A stretch of DNA of 64,000 nt from Octopus vulgaris (Eukaryota), in NCBI GenBank assembly GCA_951406725.2, contig OX597830.1:29574001-29638000 (forward strand), in the 5' to 3' direction. Each line of letters starts with the position of its first letter. Positions within the stretch are counted from its first letter, which is position 1. The notes below the pieces were generated by a model that searched no databases, was not told the DNA's origin, and was given only the letters and a program-made list of their open reading frames with translations. The position numbers and the translations under genes were made by a program. Positions 26,822-40,132 of this stretch are shown in pieces.

Positions 26822-27588
26822 TATTTCTTTACTACCCACAAGGGGCTAAACACAGAGAGGACAAACAAGGACAGACAGACGGATTAAATCGATTATATCG
26901 ACCCCAGTGCGTTACTGGTATTTAATTTATCGACCACGAAAGGATGAAAGGCAAAGTCGACCTCGGCAGAATTTGAACTCAGAACGTAACGGCAGACGAA
27001 ATACCTATTTCTTTACTACCCACAAGGGGCTAAACACAGAGAGGGCAAACAATGACAGACAAACGGATTAAGTGGATTACATCGACCCTACTGCGTAACC
27101 GGTACTTAATTTATCGACAGCGAAAGGATGAAAGGCAAAGTCGACCTCGGCGGAATTTGAACTCAGAACGTAACGGCAGACGAAATACCTATTCTTTACT
27201 ACCCAAAAGGGGCTAAACACAGAGAGTACAAACAAGGACAGACAAACAGATTAAGTCAATTATATCGACTCCAGTGCGTATCGACGACAAATAGGATGAA
27301 AGGCAAAGTCGACCTCGGTGGAATCTGAACTCAGATCGTAAAGGCAAACAAAATACCTATTTCCTTACTACCCACAAGGGGCTAACCACAGAGAGGACAA
27401 ACAAGGATAGACAAACAGATTAAGTCGTTTGTATCGACCCCAGTGTGTAACTGGTACTTATTTAATCCACCCTGAAAAGATGAAAGGCAAAGTCGACCTC
27501 GGCGAAATTTGAAATCAGAACGTAACGGCAGACGAAATACCGCTAAGCATTTCGCCTGGCGTGCTAACGTTTCTGCCAGCTCACCGCT
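26822..27588 (-). mobile_element. Tetrameric SINE family B (one head plus four ~184-bp body units)
   Basis: Units start at 26822, 27006, 27190 and 27358; the single tRNA-like 5' head is at ~27541-27588. Confidence 0.9.
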
Positions 27589-27959
27589 TTAATTTACAGT
27601 GACTACCCTTACCCACTTCAGTCTATTTACCGACTGATTATTCGCAATTAATTTATTCTTCCTCCTCTTAGCCTCAGTAACATTTCAATGTTATTGTTAT
27701 AAAAACGTCAGGAATGGTATTGTTCTAATACGGTGATTGTTTTGTTTTCTCTTATTTCTATCCAGTTAAAGTTATTGCGAGTAATTATGAATCTATGAAC
27801 GAGGAAATTGAGCCAGCCCGAGTCAATGGCGATTGACGTATACTTAATAATCAAATTATTTCTAGCTGCTGCTGCTTTTGGTCCTAATGAATAAACATAT
27901 TCATGGCGAATGCTGTTCTTTACGATGATAGTTAAGCGTACGATGCTGACGGTTATAAC

Positions 27960-28158
27960 GATCGTAATGGTGATGATTTTTGAACGGCGACGACGACGAC
28001 AACGATGACAACCATGATTGTGATAACGAGAAGGGAAATGATGAAGATGGTAATGATAATGATAATAATTATGATGATAAAGTTGATCAATATGCTGATG
28101 ACAACATTAACGTTCCTATTGAAAGCATTGATAAAAACGGTGATGAAAAAGGGTACTC

Positions 28159-28199
<41 letters not shown>

Positions 28200-28353
28200 A
28201 TATTAAGGATAATGATGGTGATGATGGTTCTGAAGATAATTACGGTATTAGGCATGATTATGTTCCCGCGTATCATCATCGCCATCATAACAAGCATCAT
28301 CATTATGATCATAATCATGGGCATGTTCACCACTATATCGCATTTAAAATCTA

Positions 28354-28435
<82 letters not shown>

Positions 28436-28551
28436 CATTATTATTATTTTTATTATCATTATTATTATTATCATTATTATTATTATTTTTTTTTTATCAT
28501 TCTTCTTCTTCTTCTTCTTCTTCTTCTTATTATTATTATTATTATTATTAT

Positions 28552-28606
<55 letters not shown>

Positions 28607-29090
28607 TAGTAGTAGTAGTAGTAATAGTTGTAGTAGTACTAGTAGTATTGTTGTTGATGTTGCTGTTGCTCTTGTTGTGGTTGGTGTTGTTGTTGTTATC
28701 ATTATTGATGTTATTTTTATTGTTGTTCATATTATTCTAATCATCATCATAATCAATATCATTATGCTCATCATCATCATTAGCTGTTATTATGACGATG
28801 TTGACAGCAATGACGGAGCTAATTGAGTTGAGTGTGACCTTGCTTCTGATTGGGATAATAATTTTGTTTTTATTGTCGTCGATAATGGCAGTTATGAAGA
28901 CACGAAATTGCTCTAAAATAACACTAATAATAATGATATTAATATTCATGACGTTCGTAATGATGATGATGATGATGATGATGACGTTCGTAATGATAAT
29001 GACAGTGAGGATGATGATGGTGATTTCTTCTATTTGAAACAAAGACATCAATTAATAATATTGATAATTCTAATAATATTGAAAATAGTA

Positions 29091-29136
<46 letters not shown>

Positions 29137-29185
29137 TAATAACAATAACAATAATAATGATAATAATAATGATAATAATAGTAAT

Positions 29186-29266
<81 letters not shown>

Positions 29267-29892
29267 TATTAGTATAATTTTTATTTTTATTATTATTACT
29301 TCTTTTATTAGTCGCAAGGGCAACGGTTAATAATGATAATAGTAGTAATTATAATGATGATGATGATGTTAATAATAATAATGATGATGCTGATAATAAT
29401 AATAATAATAATAATATTGATAATAATAATATTAATGAAGATGATGATCATGACGCTTTATTTTAGTTATAATAATAGTAGTAATTATAATGATGATGAT
29501 GATGTTAATAATAATAATGATGATGCTGATAATAATAATAATAATAATAATATTGATAATAATAATATTAATGAAGATGATGATCATGACGCTTTATTTT
29601 AATTATAATAATAATATAATATAATGCTGGTAAAAATGTAATGTAAAGATTGGTAGCAATAAAATTGATTATAATAATATTAATAATGTCTCTAATAGTA
29701 ATGATAAAAAAAAACAATATTAAGAAATCACAATAAAAGACATAGTGATGAAGATAACACACAAAGATGTTGCTTGAGCTGCTGCTACTGCTGCAACTGC
29801 CCTGGCTCTTGATAATGGTTTACCTTAATGACAGCACTGACGACGGTAATGATGATGATGATGATGATGATGATCATGATGAGGATGATAAC

Positions 29893-29937
<45 letters not shown>

Positions 29938-29940
29938 AGT

Positions 29941-29972
<32 letters not shown>

Positions 29973-30116
29973 AAGTGGTAGTAGTAGTGGTATTAGTAGT
30001 GGTGGTAGTGGTATTAGTTGTAGTAGTAGTAGTAGTGGTAAAGTAGTAGTAGTAGCAGTAGTAGTAGTAGTAGTTGTTTTTGTTGTTGTTGTTGTCTCAA
30101 CAACGATAACAGCAGA

Positions 30117-30160
<44 letters not shown>

Positions 30161-30400
30161 TATTAATATTATTATTATTATTATTACTATTATTATTATT
30201 ATTAAGTAGAAAGAGGAGGAGGAGGAGAAGAAGAAGAAGAAGAAGAAGAAGAAGAAGAAGAAGAAGAAGAAGAAGAAGAAGAAGAAGAAGAAGAAGAAGA
30301 AGAAGAAGAAGAAGAAGAAGAAGAAGAAGAAGAAGAAGAAGAAGAAGAAGAAGAAGAAGGTTAATAATAATGGTGATGATGACAATTGTAGCAAAGAATT
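27960..30400. repeat. 2.4-kb mosaic trinucleotide field (GAT, TTA/TAA, GTA, GCA, GAA)
   Basis: Seen directly in the sequence; the long ORFs here are low-complexity artefacts. Confidence 0.95.
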
Positions 30401-30764
30401 ATATGTTGATGTCTTGTCTTCGTTCGCAGACATTATCGTCTTCCTTTTTCTTTATCCGCAATCTCCTTTCTGATAGAGATAACAATTGAGAGAATGATTA
30501 AGACTAAGTGATTAGCTCGGGTAGGTAGGAGGAAGATTGACATACATAGTGCTGCTATTAATGGGTGGGTGAGTTCAGGAGAACATTAATTCAAACTATT
30601 TGCATCACTTTTCACTGCTCCACTTTGTTTTGTATCTACTATTTTATATTTTGCTTTGAGGTATTTGTTTTACGTTACACCGTACGATTTTCGTTTGCCT
30701 TCAGTGCCGTCCCATTTCGCTCCCAAACACGAAAACGAACGCGAGTTCGAGTCACGCTTTCTCC

Positions 30765-30983
30765 CGGCAGAAACGTTAGCAGGCCGGGCGAAATACTTAG
30801 CAGTATTTCGTCTGTCGTTACGTTTTGAGTTCAAATTCCGCCGAGGTCGACTTTGCCTTTCATCCTTTCGGGGTGGATTAAATAAGTACCAATTACGCAC
30901 TGGGGTCGATGTAATCGACTTAATCTGTTTGTCTGTCCTTGTTTGTCCCTCTGTGTTTAGCCCCTTGTGGGTAGTAAAGAAAT
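30765..30983 (+). mobile_element. SINE family B monomer
   Basis: GGCAGAAACGTTAGC…GAGTTCAAATTCCGCCGAGGTCGACTTTGCCTTTCATCC…GTAGTAAAGAAAT. Confidence 0.88.
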
Positions 30984-31276
30984 ATATTATACCAATGGAA
31001 CAGCCGTCATACGTGCAAATATCTACAATTTTACCTAGACTAGTTCAACTACACAGATGCACCACTGTCATTCAGGCTCACTTAGTCGGGAGCATATACC
31101 ACTGGTTATGTTTCTTTTTTAAATACTTTATATATCCGCAAAATTTAGTCGACAGATGTATGTGGAAGTTAAAGTATGGATATGAAAAGGAGTAATCGAG
31201 AGCTAGAAGGAGATTCAGAGACCTATAAAATGAGAAACACACAGACACATATACATACATATATAAAACACTTACA

Positions 31277-31324
<48 letters not shown>

Positions 31325-31334
31325 ATATACATAC

Positions 31335-31385
<51 letters not shown>

Positions 31386-31558
31386 GGGGTGGGTGGGTGG
31401 CAAGTAGCTTGCTTGCCAACCACATGGTTCCGGATTCAGTCCCACTGCGTGGCTCCTTGGGTAAGTGTCTTCTACTATAACTTCGGGCCGACCAAAGCCT
31501 TGTGAGTGAATTTGGTAGACGGTAACTGAAAGAATTTCGTCGTATATATATGTATATA

Positions 31559-31618
<60 letters not shown>

Positions 31619-32070
31619 TATATGTGTGTGTGCCTGTCTGTTTTTGTCTCCCCCCCCCAGCATCGCTTGACAACCGATGCTGGTGTGTTTACGTCCCTGT
31701 AACCTAGTTGTTTTGCCTAAGAGATCGATAGAATTTGTTCGACTAAAGACTGAAACAGATAAAACAATAAAAGAATATAACAAATGATATATGAAACTGG
31801 AGATAGATTTGGCATTAGTGTATATTCAGTACGACGATCGCTTCCGCTCCTCTTTCAACTGCCCTTTATGCGTAGGATTTTCTGCATCAAGGTGTTTTCC
31901 ATCGATGTGTGGAGTTTGTGTCACATCAGGTACATTGGTAAAGAAAGGAATGTCCCGAAAGATATACTGGCTTGCAAAGAATAAGTCCTGGATTCGATTT
32001 CTTCGAATAAAACCCATTAAAGCAGTTTTCCAGCATGGAGGCAGTCAAATAACTAAAAGTTATAAAAGAG
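31386..32070 (+). mobile_element. SINE family A interrupted by ~220 bp of other sequence
   Basis: Head at 31386-31542, body to ~31735, tail resumes at ~31965. Confidence 0.75.
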
Positions 32071-32213
32071 TATATTTCTAGCGGAAATATTAACCCAACT
32101 GTGGATGACACCAGGTAGCCCTATCTGTGGTCGTGCTTTACTCAACACGCTAATTGACTTATACCCAGTATTGCCCACTCCTAAAAAAGACCTACACACA
32201 CACATACACACAC

Positions 32214-32278
<65 letters not shown>

Positions 32279-32718
32279 GTGCATGTGTGTGTGTGTATTT
32301 CACCCTATGAAGATCACATACGGTTGTTCGTAGAATATATTCAAGTATATAGCAATTATAAAGAATACACTTATATAATTGTTTATGAATGTAAAGCTGA
32401 TATGTGGTGCAGAAACACATGTTGTAATCTCCGATTTAAGCCCTATAAAGACGAATATCTTCTATCCTACTTCTGTGTGTGTGTTTGTACGAGAGAGTGT
32501 GTGTGTGTGTAAGAGAGAGAGAGGGGGGAAAGAGAGAGAGAGAGAGTAGAGATAATTTAGAAGGAGTGACAGTAGGTGTCGGAAAGGTGTACACATGAAG
32601 GGATACACTGTGTCATGTATATTTAAGCATGTGTGCGTATACCTACACATACTCAAACATACACAAATACATACACACATATACATATGCTTATGCATGC
32701 ATACATACACACACACAG

Positions 32719-32798
<80 letters not shown>

Positions 32799-32877
32799 GT
32801 ATGTATGTATATATATATGTATGTATATATATATATGTATACACATATGTATATATATATATATATTTATATATGTT

Positions 32878-32918
<41 letters not shown>

Positions 32919-32982
32919 ATATATATATAAATACCTGCATGTATGAAACATTCAACATTCACATTCACACACAAGTTAGCTC

Positions 32983-33027
<45 letters not shown>

Positions 33028-33075
33028 GGGCAACGAGAGGAAGAGCAATACATCGATAGGAAGAGACGATGAATG

Positions 33076-33172
33076 GAAGAAGAAGAAGAAGAAGAAGAAG
33101 AAGAAGAAGAAGAAGAAGAAGAAGAAGAAGAAGAAGAAGAAGAAGAAGAAGAAGAAGATGAAGAAGAAGAAG
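33076..33172. repeat. (GAA)n tract
   Basis: Seen directly in the sequence. Confidence 0.95.
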
Positions 33173-33865
33173 TAGGTGAAAGATTATGATAAACAGAAAG
33201 AACAGGGCACTTCAAAGAAAAAAGCAAAAATTAAAAAAATAATAATTAAAAAAAAAAACTAAATAAATAAAATAAATTAATAAGTCAGAAAGCAAAGTAA
33301 AAGAAAAAGTAACTCACAAGCTGTAAACACAATTATTAATAACATAAATAAATAAATAGAACGCAACAAAACATACTGCAAGGCACTTAGCTTGATTAAA
33401 TAGATACTTATGAATTAAACTATACACCTATTAGCACTAGATTAAAGTTCTATAAACATTTACAAATGTACAGTTACTGTCAACTCACCTACTCACCTAC
33501 ACCGCCGCCACACCAGCAACAAACCGGAGTTGTTCTATTCAATCTGTGAATTTCAATCGGCTCCTTGATTCTTTAATTTACCTTGTTCGCTTTATTAGTC
33601 TCATCCCCCACACCACACACACACACCACACACGTACACACACACACACACACACAAAGATACTCACACGTGCACACACTTGCACATTTTCTTTTCTTAC
33701 TCTACATCTCTTTCTTTCTTTCTGCCGTCTCTCTGTCTCTCTGTCTCTGAATCATGTACGCACTTTTATTTGTTTCAATCATTTATGTACGTATATATAT
33801 ATGTATATATGTATATGTATATATATATATGCATGTGTATATATATGTATATATATACATTTATA

Positions 33866-33923
<58 letters not shown>

Positions 33924-34146
33924 ATATATATGTGTGTGTATATGTGTCAATGGGTGTAAAAATATATGCTTATATATGTGCAAATATACATATTAATACA
34001 TAAATAAAACACACACACACACATCAACGCCATATATGTTTGTGTGTATGTGTGTGTGTGTAAAAATTGTTCTCAGTGGTATCTTTCAATACCACATTAC
34101 AAATGGCTGCACTTGGCTTTTCTTGAAGTTGTCACTACTTGAACTG

Positions 34147-34196
<50 letters not shown>

Positions 34197-34756
34197 CATC
34201 TAAAAGTCTGTCTGCTTCTCTGTCTGACAACTGAATATACTCTGCTGGATATCTAAGCAACAACGATATACATAATGACAAAACGTAGCTACGAGACGAA
34301 GTACTTCTTAATCTTTATCCTCAAAACAGTCTAGATACAGGCGTAGATATATCGACAAGCACGCTTTAGCAATTACCATGTCGTGTATTCTCAAACGGAG
34401 CATAATCGTGCTGAAAAATACTCAAGATAAAAATGTAACATTCGCAACAACATAGGAGCGGGTTCAATACTAATGTGTAATATGTTGTATTAGTTATATT
34501 CAACTTTGTTACATTTCAGCCAAAAGCTTTATCCTACGGAGATAGTATTCCTCATATCTTGAACGAATGTAAAAAGTTTGATATTGTATGTAACGTGTGG
34601 TGAGAAATCTGATTCTCAATCACATGCTTCTGGGCTCTGTCCCACTGAGTTACACTTTTCGTGTCTTCTAATATGATTTCGCCCGATCAAATCCTTGAAA
34701 GTGTATTTGGTAGACGGAAACACAGATACAGATGTATGCATTTATGTGTATATATA

Positions 34757-34911
<155 letters not shown>

Positions 34912-34936
34912 TATATACATATATATATATATACAT

Positions 34937-35842
34937 AATAGAAATATTAAAATTACTAAGTCTCTATAAAAGAGATTACGACAGCGTTTACTGGAAATTA
35001 ATTGTTATCGCCATATTAATATGGCATTCTTATAGATAAAAGAATAATCGCTGCCGCTGGTCAGCTCCATGAGGCCACCGCCTTAAGATAGCTATTGATA
35101 CACGATCTGTATCCATTATAACCTTCGAACAAGGGAGGTCAGCCGCTTCACACTGCCAGTCCGACAGCTACAGACGCGTTTCGGGGTATTGCCCCTTGTC
35201 AATGTAGCGCAGTCAGACTCCGCAGGTGTCGCCACTGACGTCTCTGTTCGAAGGCTTATATTTACCTAGTTTCAGTGGAATACATCCACTTGTTTTCAAT
35301 AACAGAAATATTAAAATTACTAAGTCGATATAAAAGTGATTACGACAGCGTTTACTGGAAATTAATTGTTATCGCCATATTAATATGGCATTCTTATATA
35401 TATAAGAATAATCGCTGCCGCTGGTCAGCTCCATGAGGCAACCGCCTTAAGATAGCTATTGATGCACGATCTGTATCCATTATAACCTTCGAACAAGGGA
35501 GGTCAGCCGCTTCACACTGCCAGTAATCTTAATCTTATTGAAAACAAGTGGATGTATTCCACTGAAACTAGGTAAATATAAGCCTTCGAACAGAGACGTC
35601 AGTGGCAACACCTGCGGGGTCTGACTGCGCTACATTGACAAGGGGCAATACCCCGAAACGCGTCTGTAGCCGTCGGACTGGCAGTGTGAAGCGGCTGACC
35701 TCCCTTGTTCGAAGGTTATAATGGATACAGATCGTGTATCAATAGCTATCTTAAGGCGGTGGCCTCATGGAGCTGACCAGCGGCAGCGATTATTCTTATA
35801 TCTATAAGAATGCCATATTAATATGGCGATAACAATTAATTT
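34937..35842. mobile_element. Retrozyme-like / Penelope pseudo-LTR array: 364-bp unit, partial tandem copy and inverted copy
   Basis: Unit 34937-35300, direct partial copy 35301-35524, inverted copy 35535-35842 (of 34995-35302); flanked by (TA)n. Confidence 0.85.
35629..35670 (+). ncRNA. Minimal type I hammerhead ribozyme (second copy on the minus strand at 35167-35208)
   Basis: GCTACA-TTGACAA-GGGG-caata-CCCC-GAAAC-GC-GTC-TGTAGC; ACGCGT palindromic stem III; stem I extended by GTCTGAC/GTCGGAC. Confidence 0.75.
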
Positions 35843-35850
35843 ATATATAC

Positions 35851-35909
<59 letters not shown>

Positions 35910-36455
35910 AGTAGAAAGTGCTAAAATAATTTTATCATGAAGTGTATATTAGTACCGGTTTCAACTTTGCGACTTTTTCAACTTAGTGTAAAGCATGGGA
36001 AATAATTCATTTGTGGAAAAATTCAATGAAATGTTTCTAAAAAGTATTTCCATAGTTCTGAAATATAAGGGATATTTTCCTTATCTCTCTCTGCCCCTCT
36101 CTCTCTCTCCCTCTCTCTCTCTCCCTCTTTCTCTCTCTCTCTCTTACTCTTGTGAAGATATGGTAGTATTTGGTAGGCAGCAGCAAATATAAAAGTATAT
36201 TTGATATGAGAGACGTGAATTTTGTTTGTTTAAGCAGCAGCAGCTGAGGAAGGAGGCGAAGAAGAAGGAGGAGGAAGAAGAGGAAAAAGACGAGAGTGGT
36301 ATGACAGTAATAGGATGCTGGTGGAATCCTCTTAAATTGTCAAGTGATCTAAAAATGGCCTGCTGTTTTTAGGATGTCAGTGGTTGGAATTGTTCTGTAT
36401 ATATTTATGGGCTGTGACTGTTCTGGATATATCGCTTTTAATATTTGCGTGGGTA

Positions 36456-38082
36456 TTATTCTAATGCCCTTGTAGTAGTATCATTTGTGGTGTACGCATT
36501 CAAAAGGGGTTTATATTTTGTGATAAAATATGACTCTTTGGTAATACACTGATTGTAGGTTGCATCGTCCATTAATTTATAGAGGGGAAAAATTCTGAAG
36601 TTAGGTTGGTCGTTAGTGGCATAAATGTCAATGTGTTCCCTGAATGCTATTTTTCTGTATTCCCGAATTTTATCGGTGATATATGTAGAGTCATCCTTTG
36701 ACGTAGACTGTTTTTTTGTTTGGCCAATGTATTGCCCTCGACACCCTGAGCAAATTAATACATACATTAGGTTTTCCGAAGCACATGTGAAGTTGTTTTT
36801 CATTGTAAAACGTTGATCCTGTTTGAAAGAGAACTCCGATCCCTCGGTTAGGTTAATGCATATGCCTCATTTTAATGACGGATTCAGCGTTGTTGTCGAT
36901 TTTACTTGTGTTTATATAAGGATACTTTTCATAGATTTGAGTTGTCTTTTGCTCTTTATGATGTTGTGCGTTTGGAGGATTAAGTTTATTCTGTGGTCCC
37001 TTTTTTAGTAGGGAGGATGGTGTCGAATGCTTCCTTGTTAAGGGGGTTGTGTGTAGAAATATATGGGAGGGCTTTTTGTTGTAAATCCTTCTTTAGTTTG
37101 AGATGTCTGACTTCGTGGATGTTGAGTTGTAGGGCACGTTGAAAGCCTATATCAATTAGTGATGGTGGGTAGGTCCTGCTGATGAGTATATCCTTTAGTT
37201 CATGTAGTCGTGTGTCCCTGGTGTTTGTATTAGACACTATAGTACAAATCCTTTTTGCTAGGTTGAAGGAGATATTCATTCTATTGTGTCTGGGGTGGCA
37301 TGAGTTGGACGGTAGATATTACTTGGAGTCCGCGGGCTCATAGTATGTATCTATTTTTATTTTGTTGTATTTCTTAATGAGGATGTCGAGGAAAAGAAGT
37401 TGTGAATTGAATGTTTACGCCAAATCCATTTATAAGTCCTTGGAATTCTTTAAGTTTCTCTATATTTTCATGTCAAAGAATGAAAGTCATCCAGATACTT
37501 CTTCCAGTCATTTTCTATATAGAGGGAGAATGAATGGATAGCCATATTTTTCTTGTACCTTGCGATAAAGACTGATTTCTAGATATCCCATGATTAGGTT
37601 AGCAAATGAGGGTGCCATTGTCGTACCCATCGCACTCCTCGATTTTTTGCGATTAAAGTTGTCTTTGAAGACAAAGATGTTATTCTCCAAGATGAATTTT
37701 AGCCCTTCTATTACGAATTCTTTTTGCTGTGGTGTGGGAGTTCATTGGAGTAATTCACTAGCCAGAATTCAATTACCTCTATTCTTACGTTGCGGGAGAC
37801 ATTAGAATACAGTTTCACTACATCGAAGGACACTAGTAGAGTGTTTCTATTTACGTTTTGGGGGAGGTGATTGAGCATATCTAGATCGTTCCTTATATAT
37901 CTTTTGATATGCTTGAGGAATGGTTTTAAGAGGGTATCTAAAAAGTTATTGCGGCGGTGGGTTTCACATGCGGAACCTGCTATTAGAGGTCTTAATTTGA
38001 GGATATTAGGAGTGGGGACCTTGATTATTACATCTGTGGCTATCCTACATGCGTTACTTATTTTCTCTTCATTATATAGCAA
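36456..38082 (-). pseudogene. Penelope-like retroelement RT + GIY-YIG endonuclease, 5'-truncated and frameshifted
   Basis: LRPLIAG, LVSFDVVKLYSN, AMGT.MAPSFANL.MGYLE, KYLDD (~37484-37500), FLDILI, CHPRH…NISFNLAKRI, C.SENLMYVLICSGC.GQYIGQT. The 3' tail runs to ~35900 and has a decayed HHR at ~35950-35988 (GAAACCGGTA). Confidence 0.92.
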
Positions 38083-38253
38083 AACCGTTGTACTACACTT
38101 TGACTAGTTTTCATATGCTGGCATCTGAAACAGGTGTACATACGATAGCTTGATCAAAAGAACTGGCTATTGAAAGCAAAAACAAAATTGAAAAAAACGC
38201 ATTTGGCTAGAAAGGTATATATGTATGTACGTGCACGTGTGGTATTTTGTATG

Positions 38254-38287
<34 letters not shown>

Positions 38288-38482
38288 GTAATACTAAGCA
38301 ATAAAGGGTTTAGCAACGAATTGCCTTACCACAGACCGAATTTAGAAATAGCAGTCAAAGAGTTATAGCTATTTCTTCTACTAAAAAGGGAGATCTCAGT
38401 AAAAAACACAGCAATTGGAAGGCAGACAGAAACAGGTAAGAGAGAATGAATTGACGGCAATCTATCATACAATTTTAAGTTA

Positions 38483-38582
38483 TCTACGGACGCACGTTTC
38501 GAAATCAAGTTTTTAGGAAAGCATGAGAATTAAATATTAAATAATTCTACGTTACCCAAACTTCTTTTCTCTTCAGCGTAGA
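38483..38582 (-). ncRNA. Type I hammerhead ribozyme with long stem II
   Basis: Minus strand reads TCTACG-CTGAAGA-GAAA…(AAGTTT/AAACTT, GAATTA/TAATTC)…TTTC-GAAAC-GTGC-GTC-CGTAGA; canonical core and a 6-bp stem I. Confidence 0.78.
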
Positions 38583-38846
38583 ATACTATAATCATAAGTG
38601 ATTATATATTGAATTTTGAGATACTAGAAGGCACCAACTCAACTCAGTATCAGAGCGAGCTAGAATCCGCAACTAGTATCACCAAACCCAAAGTGTGAAT
38701 GAAAGGATTGTGTCACCAGCCCCTTCCCACCCGCGTGTAGCCAAAACAAGATGCTATGGTCATCTACTGAGATAAAATATGGTTATCCGTAATAATGAAG
38801 GGTGAAATTAATTAATTTGGAATAATTATCAATTACACCAAGTAGT

Positions 38847-40132
38847 CTTCCATTGTAAAAACGTCTGCAACTTTGCCAACTTCACTCAATGTTAGCAGAC
38901 ACATCGCATTAGAAAGACAAACTGAACAATTCCACTAGAAATGAAATAGAATCAATTAAAGAGAAATGTAAGATTATTCAGAAAAAAAAATATATATATA
39001 TACATTATTAATCATATATATGGAGAGAGAGAGAGAGAGAAAGAGAAAGAGAGAGCGACATTACGAAAAAAAGAGGCAGTCAGAATTTTGGATCATTTCT
39101 TTTATTAGAGCTTTCGTTCGTTTAACCGAAATTTTGAAGATGGTGATAGATACTGAAACATCGTTTACTGGAATCGAACATGGTCCGCGCCATACACCAG
39201 TTATCAGAGCTTAACCACTAAAGATACACACGAACACGCACGCTCATACATACACACGATCACAGAAATACTCGCATACATATAAACGGACATATATCGA
39301 CGTATATGTATCTCCTACGCCCGTTCGAGTATGCGCATTTGTGTACACATTTCTACCACTAAATTTTGCATATATATATAGTACTTTAAGAGCACCTCAT
39401 TATAAATATCTTTAATAATTAGTAATTGCAATATATATGTATATACATATGCTCTCTCTCTATCTACACACACACACATATATATATATACTTATATATA
39501 TATATATATTTATATATGTATATATAATACCTACATACACGCAAGCACACACACACATACATGCATACATACATACATACATACATACATACATACATAC
39601 ATACATACATACATACATACATACATACATACATACATACAAATATATATATATATGTATATATATATATTAGCAGATACCTACACACGCATATATGAAT
39701 GCAAGCATACATACATTCGTAAATACATAGTTGCACATAAATTCGAGCGCGTGTATATACTAGATATAGGTACATTGATCCGTCATAATCTTCTCTTGTA
39801 TCACATATCATATACCTATATACACCCAGTTATATTCATATACATATTTCATTATGGAAGAATGCATTGTTATAAACACATTAATACTAAGTGCAATTTT
39901 CTTTGTTAAAAACCATTCTGTATTAGCCTAAATGCATTTATCAATTGCAAATTTTCTTTTGATTAATAATGTATATATATATATATATTTTTTTTTTCTG
40001 AATAATCTTACATTTCTCTTTAATTGATTCTATTTCATTTCTAGTGGAATTGTTCAGTTTGTCTTTCTAATGCGATGTGTCTGCTAACATTGAGTGAAGT
40101 TGGCAAAGTTGCAGACGTTTTTACAATGGAAG
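38847..40132. repeat. Near-perfect ~170-bp inverted repeat with a ~945-bp spacer
   Basis: 38847-39014 is the reverse complement of 39960-40132 except for A-run and TA-repeat length. Confidence 0.92.

Noticed and set aside
26822-27588. CRISPR-like regular repeats
   Set aside because: The units are contiguous 184-bp SINE bodies with no unique spacers, in a eukaryotic context.
27953-30489. Long ORFs of 200-270 aa in the trinucleotide field
   Set aside because: They are homopolymeric translations of microsatellites, open on both strands, with no domain signal.
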